Made by a program: the position numbers and the translations under genes
Notes under the pieces: model-generated
What the model saw: only the letters and a program-made list of their open reading frames with translations
What the model was told of the DNA's origin: nothing
Databases searched by the model: none
Source of the DNA: Candidatus Bathyarchaeota archaeon
GTDB taxonomy: Archaea > Thermoproteota > Bathyarchaeia > Bathyarchaeales > Bathycorpusculaceae
Length of the DNA: 64,000 bases
Assembly: GCA_963717465.1 (NCBI GenBank)
Contig: OY970340.1
Span: 1,184,001-1,248,000, forward strand
Direction: 5' to 3'
Shown here: one piece after another, positions 1 through 11,316 of the stretch
Layout of the letters: each line of letters starts with the position of its first letter
How positions within the stretch are numbered: the first letter of the stretch is position 1

Positions 1-2
1 AT

Positions 3-119
3 CCGTTCTCAACTAATTTCCTCTTGTTACTCATTATAATTGTCATCATAGCGGTCATAGTGATCGCCGTCGCAATTACGTTGTCAAGAAGAAAGCCAAA
101 AGTAACCAACACAAGTTAA
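3..119 (+). CDS. 3' end of a membrane-anchored protein (partial)
   Basis: Frame 3 reads ...LLLLIIIVIIAVIVIAVAITLSRRKPKVTNTS*, a TM helix plus basic tail. Confidence 0.6.
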   Translation, partial: PFSTNFLLLLIIIVIIAVIVIAVAITLSRRKPKVTNTS

Positions 120-246
120 AAAACAAACGTTAATAAAAATTAAGACACAATTTAAATGATTTTTCAATCATTTTATAATCAGCGGTATAGTTTTGAAGCG
201 ATAGATAAATAAAGGATATTGTGGCTCAAAAAGTTGGAAATTAACG

Positions 247-1056
247 ATGTCAATGATTTATGTGCAACCCAGAATATGGAAATCCCATGGAATATCCGAG
301 CATGCGGAATACTGTTTTGACGATTTTCTAGTTTTCGCAAAGGAACATGGTTACAACCTTGAATTGGGAACATTCGCTTACGCTGATGCATTGGACAGCA
401 ATTGGCGGCGGGTTGTAAAAGGTCATCAACGTGCCCTATCAGGTTTCAATGGCAAGTTATCGCTTCATGGAGTTTTTCAGGATATCTGTATTCATAGTAA
501 CGATAGCAAAATCGCCAAAATTTCAAAGCAGCGAATCCTCAGAAACATGGATATTGCTCAATCTCTAAATGCTAAATACGCAGTGTTTCATGCAAACTTT
601 AACCCTTATATTTCCAGCGGACTCTACAAGAACAACTGGATTGCAAGAAACGCTAGTTTCTGGTCTGAAGTCCTAGACGAATACGAGGCTACTGTTCTCT
701 TGGAAAACTTTTGGGAGCCTTCACCTGAAATCTTCAAGACGCTCTTAGAAAATGTGAACAATTCCCGCTTAAAGGTGTGCTTAGATACTGGTCACATAAA
801 TGCTTTCTCCAAAGTGCCCTTTGAAGAATGGATAACAAAACTAAATCAGATGATTCCTTACATGCATTTAAGCGATAACATGGGCACATCGGACCAGCAT
901 TTAGCAATAGGTTGCGGCACTACCAATTGGCAAGCGTTTACTGCCATCGTAAAGAAAAACAAATTTTATCCGGAAATTGTGCTTGAAACTGAAACGCTAA
1001 AGAAAACCATTCAATCATTGGATTACCTACAAAAAAACAATGTTTATCCATTTTAG
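247..1056 (+). CDS. Sugar phosphate isomerase/epimerase, xylose-isomerase-like TIM barrel
   Basis: LLEN, CLDTGH, HLSDN..DQHL metal motifs. Confidence 0.8.
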   Translation: MSMIYVQPRIWKSHGISEHAEYCFDDFLVFAKEHGYNLELGTFAYADALDSNWRRVVKGHQRALSGFNGKLSLHGVFQDICIHSNDSKIAKISKQRILRNMDIAQSLNAKYAVFHANFNPYISSGLYKNNWIARNASFWSEVLDEYEATVLLENFWEPSPEIFKTLLENVNNSRLKVCLDTGHINAFSKVPFEEWITKLNQMIPYMHLSDNMGTSDQHLAIGCGTTNWQAFTAIVKKNKFYPEIVLETETLKKTIQSLDYLQKNNVYPF

Positions 1057-1140
1057 ACTAACTGCAGATATTTCATTTTTGTAGTCTTAAGCTTATGCAA
1101 GCATCTTGATCAAAACCAACTTGTTAATGAGTGAAATCAA

Positions 1141-2541
1141 TTACTGACTCACTTTTAAGTTAGGTGTTGATTCGTAAACGAGAGCTCCCACTCCTGTTTT
1201 TGAAGGGTTAACAGTTATTTCTATAAAATAATAATCGTAATAGTTCGGCTTACTTTTCCCGTTGACATCGTTTTCCCAACCAGCCATTAGGAACTTGTCT
1301 TGTCCTAACTCAATAGTGGAGTATGCTTCTGTATACCCATTTTGTTCAATTGTGCGGCTCCATTGAAGTGTTCCATTGTCGTCGAGTTGGAATATCCAAA
1401 AGTCTCTTTCGCCTTTTCCATAAGATGTTGACCATCCTCCGATGATGTAGCCGCCGTATTGTGAAGCGATAATTGAAGTTGGCATGTCATAGTCGGTGCC
1501 GCCTACCGTTTTGTCCCATATTAGGGTGCCGTTTAAATCAACTTTTAAAATTAGGGCATTACTGGCTCCTGATCCGAAAGATAACGTGTTGCCAGCAACA
1601 AGGTAGCCTCCCGGAACACTTATGATTGCGCTAGCCATGTCCGCTTTTGATCCGCCGTAAGTGTGGAACCAAAGCATGTTTCCTGAAGAATTAACTTTCA
1701 TAAGCAAGAAATCGTAATCGCCGGCCCCCGTGGAATTCGTGTAGCCCGCTATTATAAAGCAATTATCAGGTGTCGAAGTTATTGCTGTTCCTACGCCATC
1801 ATCTGACCAGCCATACGACTCATTCCACAACAAATCTCCAGCGTTATCGATTTTTGCAAGCCATACGCTTGACTCATCTGCCGTGTTAGAATAAGAGTTA
1901 GTTAATCCAACCATTAATGCGCCGTCTCCTGTACTCATAGCAGAGAATAAGCGGTCCACTTTTTCTCCACCAACCGTCGTATTCCATATCACATTACCCT
2001 GATCATCTATCTTAACGATAAGTCCATTTACACTCCCAGACGGCCAAAATACGTTTCCAACAAGCAAGAAACCGTCATTTACGTTAATTGCATATCTGAA
2101 CTCCGTGCTGATTCCCTCAACGAAAGACATGTTCCAGACAGGGTTTCCGTTTGTATCAAGTTTTAAAACCCATGCGGACATTTGACCTTGAGTGAATGAG
2201 GATGAGGAACCTACTGCCAAGTAGCCATCTTCTGTTGGCAAAGTATAGTAAAGTTTATCGTCTCCCGACCCGCCGTATGTTTTTTCCCAGCTTACGTTTG
2301 CTTGCTGATTGCTCACCGAAGATAAACTAGGCGTAAGAGCAGCGGAACTTTCAATGACAATAACGATTGCGGCCACAGCAATGATTACGGCAAATAGAAG
2401 AGCAAGTGCTGAACGTTTTTTTCTCACTTTTTTCCGTTCATTAATTTTTTTTTGTTGTTCCTCTACTTTTCTGATTTTTTCTTGTTCATTGACTTTTTTT
2501 CTTTGTTCCTTGATTTTTTTTCGCGTTGATTTCAATTTCAT
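1141..2541 (-). CDS. Membrane-anchored beta-propeller-like repeat protein
   Basis: Basic N-terminus, TM helix, repeated 'KxDxxGNxxWxxTYGG' units. Confidence 0.7.
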   Translation of the reverse strand: MKLKSTRKKIKEQRKKVNEQEKIRKVEEQQKKINERKKVRKKRSALALLFAVIIAVAAIVIVIESSAALTPSLSSVSNQQANVSWEKTYGGSGDDKLYYTLPTEDGYLAVGSSSSFTQGQMSAWVLKLDTNGNPVWNMSFVEGISTEFRYAINVNDGFLLVGNVFWPSGSVNGLIVKIDDQGNVIWNTTVGGEKVDRLFSAMSTGDGALMVGLTNSYSNTADESSVWLAKIDNAGDLLWNESYGWSDDGVGTAITSTPDNCFIIAGYTNSTGAGDYDFLLMKVNSSGNMLWFHTYGGSKADMASAIISVPGGYLVAGNTLSFGSGASNALILKVDLNGTLIWDKTVGGTDYDMPTSIIASQYGGYIIGGWSTSYGKGERDFWIFQLDDNGTLQWSRTIEQNGYTEAYSTIELGQDKFLMAGWENDVNGKSKPNYYDYYFIEITVNPSKTGVGALVYESTPNLKVSQ

Positions 2542-2717
2542 TATTTTTTAACCTTTTAGTTATGCTGCCTATTTTCGCTTGGAGCATATTTTAAGACTAT
2601 TAAGTTTAAATCATGATTTGAAATCCATAATTTCACGTTTCACGCAGTTAATTGACCTAGGGACGATTTGCTTATATTATATGCAGGTTCCCCCTAACAG
2701 GGAAAGAAGGGTTCTGC

Positions 2718-3745
2718 ATGAAAGACGCCAAAAATCTCTTAACGCCTGTAAGTAATTTTGACGAGTTTTCTTCACTAATTCAGAATTCAACAGAAGGCTT
2801 AAAACGGTACAATTTGCTGATGACCGCTTGGAACATAAAATTATTTGATTACACTATCAAACCTAAAACAGCACATGAATTAGCTGAGGCTTTAGGTTAC
2901 TCTGAAATCATGGTTCAGTTGTTTTGTGAAGCTTTGACTGAAATTGGTCTATTGGAAAAAACAAATAACGCGTACACGAATTCATCGATAGCTAGCAATT
3001 ATTTTAGTCGCTCTTCCCCTTATAGCATGGCAAATAAGCTTCAGATCATAATGGAGAACGCCAACCATTGGACTCAATTAACAAGCATACTCAAGAACGG
3101 TCCAATAACTGGAACATTTAAAGAGTTTTTTGGTGAAAGTCGGCTGATTAGCATCGCTGAATGGGCTGAAGGTTCAGCTACCGCAAATACTGTTAAAGCA
3201 GTGGCCGCTTGCCTTGGCATAAAGCAATGGAGTCGCCTCCTAGACATCGGTGGAGGACATGGTCTATTTGCTATAGCTTTTGCCGCATTTAATCCGCAAC
3301 TTGAAGCATTCGTTTTCGACCTTCCCAACATACTTCCAATCACGGAAAGATACATAAAAGAATACGGCGCAGAAAGAGTCCATCCTTTGCCTGGTGACTT
3401 TTACAAGGATGACATCGGTCATGATTATGACGCAATTTTCTCATCACTTAACCCCAGTTGTTATGATCCCACGCTTATTCCAAAGTTAGTCAAAGCGCTA
3501 AAGCCGAAGAGCTATCTTATATTTCGTAGATTCAAAGACAGCATCCGAGAAAGCGCATTAGAAACACTGGATTGGAACTTGTTTGCTTTCGAAGGGAAAA
3601 AAGTTGGAAGCAAGCTCGTACTTCAGGCGATGTTTTAGACCTAAAAGCCTACCTTAACCAGTTAAAGTTGTCAAATCTTGACATATTAGACATAGTTAAG
3701 CAAGATGATTGTGATCTAATTATTGCACGCAAACTCTTAAAATAG
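2718..3745 (+). CDS. SAM-dependent O-methyltransferase family (frameshift near 3612)
   Basis: N-terminal wHTH/dimerisation region, LLDIGGGHG, GDFY; another frame continues ...DLIIARKLLK* to 3745, a typical C-terminus. Confidence 0.75.
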
Positions 3746-3873
3746 CGCAGGAATATCCAACAATAACTTACTGATTTGGTAGTAAGTCAACTTGCAGATG
3801 GTAAAAGTTTACAAGATTAGAGTTAAAGTGATTAATATGAAAGGCGTTAATCAGAAGATAAGCGTATCGAACG

Positions 3874-4449
3874 GTGAACAAATTGAATAGGAAAGACGAA
3901 ACTGAATTCAAGACGTATATTAAAGAAGTCGGCGATTACCATGGGCACGTATGCTTTGGAATTATAATGGGCACAAAAATGGCGTTAGTAGCTATGAAAT
4001 ATTTCGGATTAGACCCTCAAGTTAAGAATAAGGACTTGATTGTTTATACTGAAATTGACCGATGCATGACAGATGCATTGCAGGTTATTACTGGTTGCAC
4101 GCTGGGTCACCGAACGCTAAAATTTGTTGATTATGGCAAATTCGCCGCTACCTTTGTGAACCTAACAAGTGGTAAGGCAATAAGGGTCACCATACGAGAA
4201 ACTTTTGAAATAAAAGGCTCTCCCGAAGAAGTAATTGAAAAAATGACTATAACTCCTGAGAACCAAATTGTAAATATTCAAAAAGTTGAAGTAAACATTC
4301 CAGAAACAGATTTACCTGGAATGCCGAAAAAACGGGAGTTTTGCTCAAAATGTGGAGAAAGAATTAGTGACGGCCGAGAAGTCCACCGCGACAATAAAGT
4401 ACTCTGCCGAGCATGCGCTAACGGCAAATACTACGTTGAATTAAACTAA
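3874..4449 (+). CDS. FmdE/FwdE family protein with C4 zinc finger
   Basis: YHGHVCFG, CMTDALQVITGCT, CSKCGE...CRAC. Confidence 0.85.
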   Translation: MNKLNRKDETEFKTYIKEVGDYHGHVCFGIIMGTKMALVAMKYFGLDPQVKNKDLIVYTEIDRCMTDALQVITGCTLGHRTLKFVDYGKFAATFVNLTSGKAIRVTIRETFEIKGSPEEVIEKMTITPENQIVNIQKVEVNIPETDLPGMPKKREFCSKCGERISDGREVHRDNKVLCRACANGKYYVELN

Positions 4450-4503
4450 TTAAGAGTCACTAAATATTTAGGCAATAGCCGCAAAAAAGATGGCTGGGTA
4501 AAT

Positions 4504-5307
4504 ATGGCAAAGCGAATAGTTGAAGATGCACTAGAAAGAATTAAAAATGAAATACCTGAACTTAATAAAATAACCGCTGATAAAGTTATTTTAGGATTAG
4601 GTTACACTGCTGTAAAATTAAGCAGCGGGCACTCAGGAATCTGCTATACTTTTCAAGATGAAATTGCCCACGCCACAAGTCACTGTCAAGTCTCAGACTT
4701 AGCAGGAACTTTAGCGGGTTCAAACGCTTTTAAGCTAGCTGAGAAGGCAAAATCGTGGGAAATCAGCGAATGCGTAATCGGCTTCGCATCTCTTAATGCG
4801 CTATCCCAAATAATATTGGAAAAAAATCCCGAAAATTACACTATCACTTACGGCGACGCTTTGGACCAGATAAAACTTACAAAAAAAGACGTAGTGGCTA
4901 TGGTTGGTAATATTGGGCCTTTTGTCGACCACATAAACGCGAAAGCAAAAAAACTCTATATTCTCGAAAGAACGCCTGCGAGGCGACATGAAGGCGTTTT
5001 TCCAGATGTGGCATGCGACCAAATTTTGCCAATGGCTGATATAGTTTTGATTACTGGGACAGCGATAGCAAACGGAACGATAGATCATCTGCTTGATTTA
5101 ACAAAGAAGGCAAGAGAGGTTGCAATAGTAGGAGCTTCAGCTGGAATCCTTCCAGACGTTTTATTTGAGAGAGGTGTAACAATCGTCGGTGGAGTCAAAA
5201 TTACTGATGCTGAAAAAATGTTGCAAGTTGTGGCAGAAGGCGGCGGAACACCTGCGCTAAAAGCCGTTGCGGAATTCATAAACATCAGACCAAAGCAAAA
5301 GAAGTGA
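4504..5307 (+). CDS. DUF364 / Rossmann-like family protein
   Basis: VAMVG, ITGTAIANGTID, VGASA motifs. Confidence 0.75.
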   Translation: MAKRIVEDALERIKNEIPELNKITADKVILGLGYTAVKLSSGHSGICYTFQDEIAHATSHCQVSDLAGTLAGSNAFKLAEKAKSWEISECVIGFASLNALSQIILEKNPENYTITYGDALDQIKLTKKDVVAMVGNIGPFVDHINAKAKKLYILERTPARRHEGVFPDVACDQILPMADIVLITGTAIANGTIDHLLDLTKKAREVAIVGASAGILPDVLFERGVTIVGGVKITDAEKMLQVVAEGGGTPALKAVAEFINIRPKQKK

Positions 5308-5385
5308 TTGCGTTTTCGTGCAAAGGCTCGTTAAGAAAAGCCTTCAGGTAAAGTTTTAAATTTAACCTAAGAATGGTTTCTTGCT

Positions 5386-6621
5386 ATGTGGCGTTTAGGT
5401 TTCTTCTTTCACGATATGGCGTTCGGGTTGCTAACAGTTTTCATACCCCTTTACGTCATAGCTTTTCCACTAAACGATACAAGCATTTTAGGTGGGCCGC
5501 TGCTTGCAGTTGGGATCATGACATCCATTGCTATATTCTGCTCTATTCCCGCATCTTTTCTTTGGGGCTACCTCTGCGACAAAACACGCCACTACAAGAT
5601 TTTTATTCTTCTTTCTTTTGCTTCCATAGCCACCATTCTTTTCCTTATGACTTTTCCGTTCGCTAAAAACCTGCTTGTTTTTGTCGGGTTATACATTGCA
5701 ATGCAAATGCTTCATGTGGCTCACGAATCACCGAAAAACGTGCTCGTCACTGAGCATTATAGTCGAAATCAGTGGGAATATTCTTTTGGATTCTATGAGG
5801 GGCTCACAGAAATTGGCACAATTATTGGCTTAGCTTTGGGCATAGTTTTGTTTGTGTTTGCGTCAAGCCTTGGTTTCTCTGCTTTATCAACCTACACGTT
5901 TTATATCTGCAGCGGATTAAACGTGATAGGGTTAGTTCTAGGAACATTTTTGATTGCGGATCCTTTGATGATTTTTGAGAGACGCTTGGTCGGTATTGAA
6001 AATAAAGTAGATTATACTAGCCGTGCAGTTGAAGGCTCTTCCAGAGTATTGGATGGCTTGTCTTTGAATGGTCCTATTAAACAGGACAATTTTGCGGGCT
6101 TCGCGTTAGCGATAATCTTGTTTGCACTCGCAACTAGCCTGTTCTTTACGCCTTTGCCCATCTTTCTCAAGTCTGGTTTAGACTTGTCACCAAGCATGGT
6201 ATATGTAGGTTATATCTTAAACTCTATCGGGGGAACAGCAGGTTATTTCTTGATTCGCGGCAAAGCTCAATCAATGGATATAAGGAAACAGATGCCTCGT
6301 TTCATCCTTTTACGAAGCGTGCTTATTTTTGCACTTGTCGGCGTCATCTGGTTGGCCATTTCAGAAACAATTAGCACATTTATTCTTTTGATGTTTATCG
6401 GCTTTGCCTATGCCATGTATTACATTATGATGCTTTCCCTTTCAATGGAAGTTATCCCTCAAGGCAAAGCTGGTTTATTTGACGGCTTTGTTGGTTTAGG
6501 CTCAGCCTTGGGTGCTTTTCTGGGGCCATTTCTTGCGTTTAAACTCTCTTATGTCCCAATGTTTGTCATTACCGCTGTTGTTTTTTTAGCTGCCTTCCTA
6601 GCTCTAAAACTACTCCGCTAA
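5386..6621 (+). CDS. MFS transporter
   Basis: About 12 TM helices, WGYLCDK loop motif. Confidence 0.8.
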   Translation: MWRLGFFFHDMAFGLLTVFIPLYVIAFPLNDTSILGGPLLAVGIMTSIAIFCSIPASFLWGYLCDKTRHYKIFILLSFASIATILFLMTFPFAKNLLVFVGLYIAMQMLHVAHESPKNVLVTEHYSRNQWEYSFGFYEGLTEIGTIIGLALGIVLFVFASSLGFSALSTYTFYICSGLNVIGLVLGTFLIADPLMIFERRLVGIENKVDYTSRAVEGSSRVLDGLSLNGPIKQDNFAGFALAIILFALATSLFFTPLPIFLKSGLDLSPSMVYVGYILNSIGGTAGYFLIRGKAQSMDIRKQMPRFILLRSVLIFALVGVIWLAISETISTFILLMFIGFAYAMYYIMMLSLSMEVIPQGKAGLFDGFVGLGSALGAFLGPFLAFKLSYVPMFVITAVVFLAAFLALKLLR

Positions 6622-6695
6622 GATATTAGCTCCTGTTGAACGTTTGAGCGTTTTTGGTTTTTGAAAATTAAAGGAAAGACTTGCTTTTTGTGGAT

Positions 6696-8138
6696 TTATT
6701 CAGTGTGTACTCTGAATAAGTCTATGTCTTCTCGCATGCTTGGTGTTAACTCAAGGAAGTTTCTAACTGCTCGTTCTACGTCTTTGGACTGTGTCACATA
6801 CCTGCCTACAATGACTATATCAGCGCCTTTCTCTAATGCTTCTTTTGCGGTTTCTGGCACTATTCCGCCTGCAACAGCAATGAGGAATTTCTTATCTTGG
6901 TATGCTTGGCGAATTAATGGTATTCGTTCTAGTCCGCTGGAACGTCCTGTTTCTTGGTCAATGCCTCTGTGCAGAATAACGATATCTGGGAAATTCTTCA
7001 AAGATTTGAGTTTACCCAGAACATCATCAACATTCATCATGTCGATGACACCGTATATTCCGAGACGCTTAGCTTCATGAACGAATGCATCAATCGTTTC
7101 TGGCGCTGCCAATCCTGAAACAACTACCGCGTCTGCAGTGTCCTCGTAAGCTATGTCAACTTCGACTTTTCCAACGTCCAAAGTTTTAAGGTCAGCAACC
7201 ATGAACACGTCCTTTGCCACTTGCCTTAATTCACTGATTACCTTTGTTCCATAACGTTTGATTAGCGGTGTTCCAGCTTCAATTATTATTCTATCGCTTC
7301 CTGGAAACTTTGATATTATCTTCTTCTGTTGTTCAAGTTCTGGTACATCAAGGGAAATTTGTAAGTATGGTGGTCTCCATAAACGAGGAACTTTGAAGCC
7401 CATTATTGGGTGTTTTGCTCGATCTTTTTCATAAATCAGTTTATCAAGCGACGGATAATTCTTAAGTGCTCTTTGTAAAGCCATTTTTACTGCACCATAG
7501 TTGTATTGATATATTTTTCTGTAATCTTTAGCTTCAGGATGAATGAAAACGCTGCATACAATTACCCACTCATCAAGCTTCGATATTGGGATCACTCCTT
7601 CCTCAGTGGAATCAGCGATAGCTTTTGCAACTGCGGCTTGAGCAGGACCAAAGATTTTTCCCGAGTCCTCCATATTTTTAATTGTAACTTTGGGAACAAT
7701 TAGTGTCTGTGGTTTCGTTGGTAGGTTGGGTCTTATCACTGCGAGCAAAGGAGTGTGGCCAGCTGATGCGTTTGCCATGCCATTCGCAAATGCTTGCCCA
7801 ACGGGTCCATCTTTATTGCCAATCATTAAATCAATATGTGCAACCTCGTTTCCTTCTCCGACAAGTGATTCACCGATTAAAAAGGTGTTTCCTTCCTTTT
7901 GTCTATTTTCATCAACAATATCTGTCGGCATATTCTCTAAAACCTCCTTAAAATCGACATGAAACTCTTTTAACCACGTGTAAAGCGTATCACGATGAAT
8001 TTCCATTTCTTTAGCTGTTCCAATAATTGTCGGTTTTGCCGGCTTTCCCTTGGAATTCATTTCCTTCTTAGCGGCTTCAATCAACATTTTTACGAATTCT
8101 TCTTTTGTTTCTGGTTTTCTAACGTCATATCCCGACAT
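6696..8138 (-). CDS. fae-hps: Bifunctional formaldehyde-activating enzyme / 3-hexulose-6-phosphate synthase with N-terminal HTH-like extension
   Basis: Fae motifs GESLVGEGNEVAHIDL and FGPAQAAVA; Hps motifs EAGTPLIK, DLKTLD, VAGG. Confidence 0.9.
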   Translation of the reverse strand: MSGYDVRKPETKEEFVKMLIEAAKKEMNSKGKPAKPTIIGTAKEMEIHRDTLYTWLKEFHVDFKEVLENMPTDIVDENRQKEGNTFLIGESLVGEGNEVAHIDLMIGNKDGPVGQAFANGMANASAGHTPLLAVIRPNLPTKPQTLIVPKVTIKNMEDSGKIFGPAQAAVAKAIADSTEEGVIPISKLDEWVIVCSVFIHPEAKDYRKIYQYNYGAVKMALQRALKNYPSLDKLIYEKDRAKHPIMGFKVPRLWRPPYLQISLDVPELEQQKKIISKFPGSDRIIIEAGTPLIKRYGTKVISELRQVAKDVFMVADLKTLDVGKVEVDIAYEDTADAVVVSGLAAPETIDAFVHEAKRLGIYGVIDMMNVDDVLGKLKSLKNFPDIVILHRGIDQETGRSSGLERIPLIRQAYQDKKFLIAVAGGIVPETAKEALEKGADIVIVGRYVTQSKDVERAVRNFLELTPSMREDIDLFRVHTE

Positions 8139-8325
8139 TTATTTACCCTCTGGGCTTTGTTTAACATATCATATATAATGGTGTCGGAATTTAGCTTAAA
8201 GTTTTCGATCAACAAACAAAGCCCAGTCTTTACGAACTTCAATTAACAAAAGTCACAAATGTTCAGCGTTAAGTCTATATACTTTAAAAGAAACCAAGTT
8301 TTCATAATTTAAAGGATAGTTTCAT

Positions 8326-8538
8326 ATGTCTTGGACTGATTGGTTAATCTTAGGCATTGTTACAGCAGGATTCATAATGTTTCTTTTGGGTGCCAACGCA
8401 AGTTCTTTATGGAATCAACTGAACAATTATGATGCGACAGCCATAGGCTGGGCAGGAATTGTACTTTTCATAGGCGGAATCGTTTTCTACATCATCATTT
8501 TCATATACAGAGCTTTCAAGAGAAGCCCAGTTCTTTAA
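8326..8538 (+). CDS. Small 2-TM membrane protein
   Basis: Two hydrophobic helices, ATG with AGGA upstream. Confidence 0.6.
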   Translation: MSWTDWLILGIVTAGFIMFLLGANASSLWNQLNNYDATAIGWAGIVLFIGGIVFYIIIFIYRAFKRSPVL

Positions 8539-10127
8539 AAACCATAGAGTTCGCCATATTTGCTTCTTAGGTACTGCAGAAACATTTCAGAATCCAAGCT
8601 TTTTCCCGTTGCTTTTTCAATAAGCTCTTCAGGCTCGTATAAATCTCCTTGAGAATGAATGTTTTTGTTTAGCCAGGTGTTAACTTCCTTTAGCTTTCCT
8701 TGACTGAGTTGAATGCGCCAGTTCGGCTTTTCTTTTGTTATTGCAGCCTCGATTTGTCCACTGTAAATGTTGCCAAGAGTGTAGCTTGGGAAGTACCCGT
8801 ATAGCCCGCTTGCCCAATGAGTATCCTGCATTACACCCTCTGAATCATTTTCCACTTTTACTTTCAAGTAGTCATTGTACTTTTGGTTCCAGACTTCAGG
8901 AAGTTCTTTTACAGTTAATTTGTCTGCGAAAAGGTCTCGTTCGATCTCAAAGCGAACTATCACATGCAGACTGTAAGTCACTTCATCAGCTTCAATGCGA
9001 ATCTTAGATAACTCTACTCTGTTAACCGCACGAATAAACTGGTCTAAGTCCACAGTGGCTAAAGTAGGTGCAATCTTTTTTATCTTGGGCAAAGTATTCG
9101 TCCAGAATTCTCTTGAACGACCAATTATATTTTCACAAAAACGTGATTGCGATTCATGGATTCCAAAGGAACACGGTGAGCCTACTGGTTGAAATTTCCA
9201 TTTTTTATTGATGTTTTGTTCATAAAGTGCGTGTCCTGATTCGTGAAGCACAGAAAAGATTGAACTTGAATAATTATTTGGGTAATAATGGGTCGTGATG
9301 CGTACATCATCATAGTTGCCTGAGGTGAAGGGGTGCTCTGTTTCATCTATTCTTCCGCGTGCGGTTTGTGAAACAGTGTCGTAACCAAGGGTTTCAGTTA
9401 ATAGTTGAGCGATTTGTCGCTGATTTTCTACTGGCACAACCTGTTTAAGCAAACCTGAAGCAGGTTGCGTTTGATTTTCTTGAATTTTTTCTATCAGAGG
9501 CTTCAATCCGTTTAAAAGCTTACTAAAAGTGGCTGAAATCGTTTGAGTGGTCATTTTAGGCTCAAAATTATCAATCATTGCTTCATAAGGCGATTTGGTT
9601 TCTTTCACTTTCATTAATATCTCAGCTGCTTGCTTGCTTAAGCCTAAAAGCTTCTCTAAATCAGGTCTAAACAGCGAAAAATTTTTCTTAGCTTTCGCTT
9701 TCCTCCAAATGTTAACAGTCAATGCTTGTTGCTTAGCTAAATCAGCCACCAATTTTTCAGGAAGCTGAATTTGTTCATCATACGCCTTTTTTATCAAGTA
9801 AACATTGCGTTTTTCAAGTAAGCTTAACGTTTGATACGCGCTCTGAGTTTGAATAGATTCTAAAAGTTTTCCTATCTCCGGATTCGTACTCATTTTATGA
9901 TTAATACGACTAAGCAATTCAAGCTGCAAGCTTCTCTGGTTCACGGCTCCTCGCGGCATTACAGTTTCCATGTCCCAACTAACTAAGGACGAAACTGACT
10001 GCATTATCATTAAATCCCTGGCTTTTGCAAGAAGCTGCTTGTAATCTGAACTTATTTTGGAAACCAAATCATATTCGCCTTTACACTGGTTTAATGCTAG
10101 GCTTCTATTTACTCTTGCCCAAAACAC
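8535..10127 (-). CDS. Carboxypeptidase M32 (Taq type)
   Basis: HPF, HESGH, HESQS, IRIEADE, GYFPSYTLG; true start probably somewhat downstream. Confidence 0.92.
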   Translation of the reverse strand: MFWARVNRSLALNQCKGEYDLVSKISSDYKQLLAKARDLMIMQSVSSLVSWDMETVMPRGAVNQRSLQLELLSRINHKMSTNPEIGKLLESIQTQSAYQTLSLLEKRNVYLIKKAYDEQIQLPEKLVADLAKQQALTVNIWRKAKAKKNFSLFRPDLEKLLGLSKQAAEILMKVKETKSPYEAMIDNFEPKMTTQTISATFSKLLNGLKPLIEKIQENQTQPASGLLKQVVPVENQRQIAQLLTETLGYDTVSQTARGRIDETEHPFTSGNYDDVRITTHYYPNNYSSSIFSVLHESGHALYEQNINKKWKFQPVGSPCSFGIHESQSRFCENIIGRSREFWTNTLPKIKKIAPTLATVDLDQFIRAVNRVELSKIRIEADEVTYSLHVIVRFEIERDLFADKLTVKELPEVWNQKYNDYLKVKVENDSEGVMQDTHWASGLYGYFPSYTLGNIYSGQIEAAITKEKPNWRIQLSQGKLKEVNTWLNKNIHSQGDLYEPEELIEKATGKSLDSEMFLQYLRSKYGELYGF

Positions 10128-10245
10128 TTTCTAAAGAATCATGAGATTTGCTTTTGAAAAAAAAGCTATTATCGATAGACACAATTAACATTTTATTGAA
10201 GTAAAACTTGAATGAGTTGTATGGCGACAAGAATCCACAATTAAG

Positions 10246-11058
10246 CTATGACGACAAGAATCCGCCGTCAACAGCGACAAGCGCGCCTTCAACGTAGCTT
10301 GAAAGGTCGCTTGCGAGTACTAAAGCCATGCATGCTACTTCATCTGGGTCTCCTAACCTTCCAAGCGGAAGCCTTTGGCCATATCTAATGCCTGATCGAA
10401 TGATTTTAACATTAAATTTGAGGGCTTCCTTGGCTAAACTTTTAGTGCTTGGCGTTATAATGCCGCCTGGAATTAACGCGTTTATTCTGAAGCCATGTCT
10501 ACCATACTCAGCAGCGAGAGACCTTGTAAGAGTTATGATGCCGATTTTACTTAATCCATAGGGCACCAGGTCTTCTTTGAATGGCAAAAGCGCTTCAACT
10601 GATCCCACATTCACAATTACTCCTCCTTTTGCCATTCTACGCTTTATCATGTTCTGGCACATCCACAAAGCTGAATTTAAATTAATATCCAATACTTTAT
10701 ACAGAAAAGCCGCGTCTAATTCCAAAAAATTCTTCATCGGGTATATTCCTGCATTATTAACAAGAACATCCGGTTCTTTTCCATCAAGTTGAGTCCATAG
10801 CTGTTCTATTTCCTTTTTTTGGCTAAGATCAACTTTGAACGGATTTATTTTCACATTAAACTTTGAAAGTTCCTCACAGCAAGCTTTCATTTTCTCTTCA
10901 TCAATATCAACAAGTATTAAATCCGCGCCAGCTTCCGCAAACCTAGAAGCCATCGCTTTACCTATACCTGACGCAAAACCAGTTATCAAAACGGTTTTTC
11001 CCTTTAAAGAAATGAGTTCAGCCAAAGTTTTTCGATTCTTTGATTGACTTCGTAACAA
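10246..11058 (-). CDS. SDR family oxidoreductase
   Basis: TGFASGIG, NNAG, YGLSK. Confidence 0.9.
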   Translation of the reverse strand: MLRSQSKNRKTLAELISLKGKTVLITGFASGIGKAMASRFAEAGADLILVDIDEEKMKACCEELSKFNVKINPFKVDLSQKKEIEQLWTQLDGKEPDVLVNNAGIYPMKNFLELDAAFLYKVLDINLNSALWMCQNMIKRRMAKGGVIVNVGSVEALLPFKEDLVPYGLSKIGIITLTRSLAAEYGRHGFRINALIPGGIITPSTKSLAKEALKFNVKIIRSGIRYGQRLPLGRLGDPDEVACMALVLASDLSSYVEGALVAVDGGFLSS

Positions 11059-11316
11059 TTATGAAACCTCTATAGATACTTAAGTGCTTTTCATAAAAAG
11101 GTTTGTTGACAAAATTATTGTTTAATAACGTTGAATCATAGAAGGTTTTGCAGATTATATTCGAGAGTTCATGTGGTTGCTTGTCTCGCGAAATATTCGT
11201 GCATAAAGGTGTTCGCTGTCATTATCTTATTTTGTCTCATGATAATTTATGTTAGGCTTATATAGATCAACATTATTTAGTCTGATTTTGTTTAGAAAAT
11301 AAACAAGGCATGAAAT

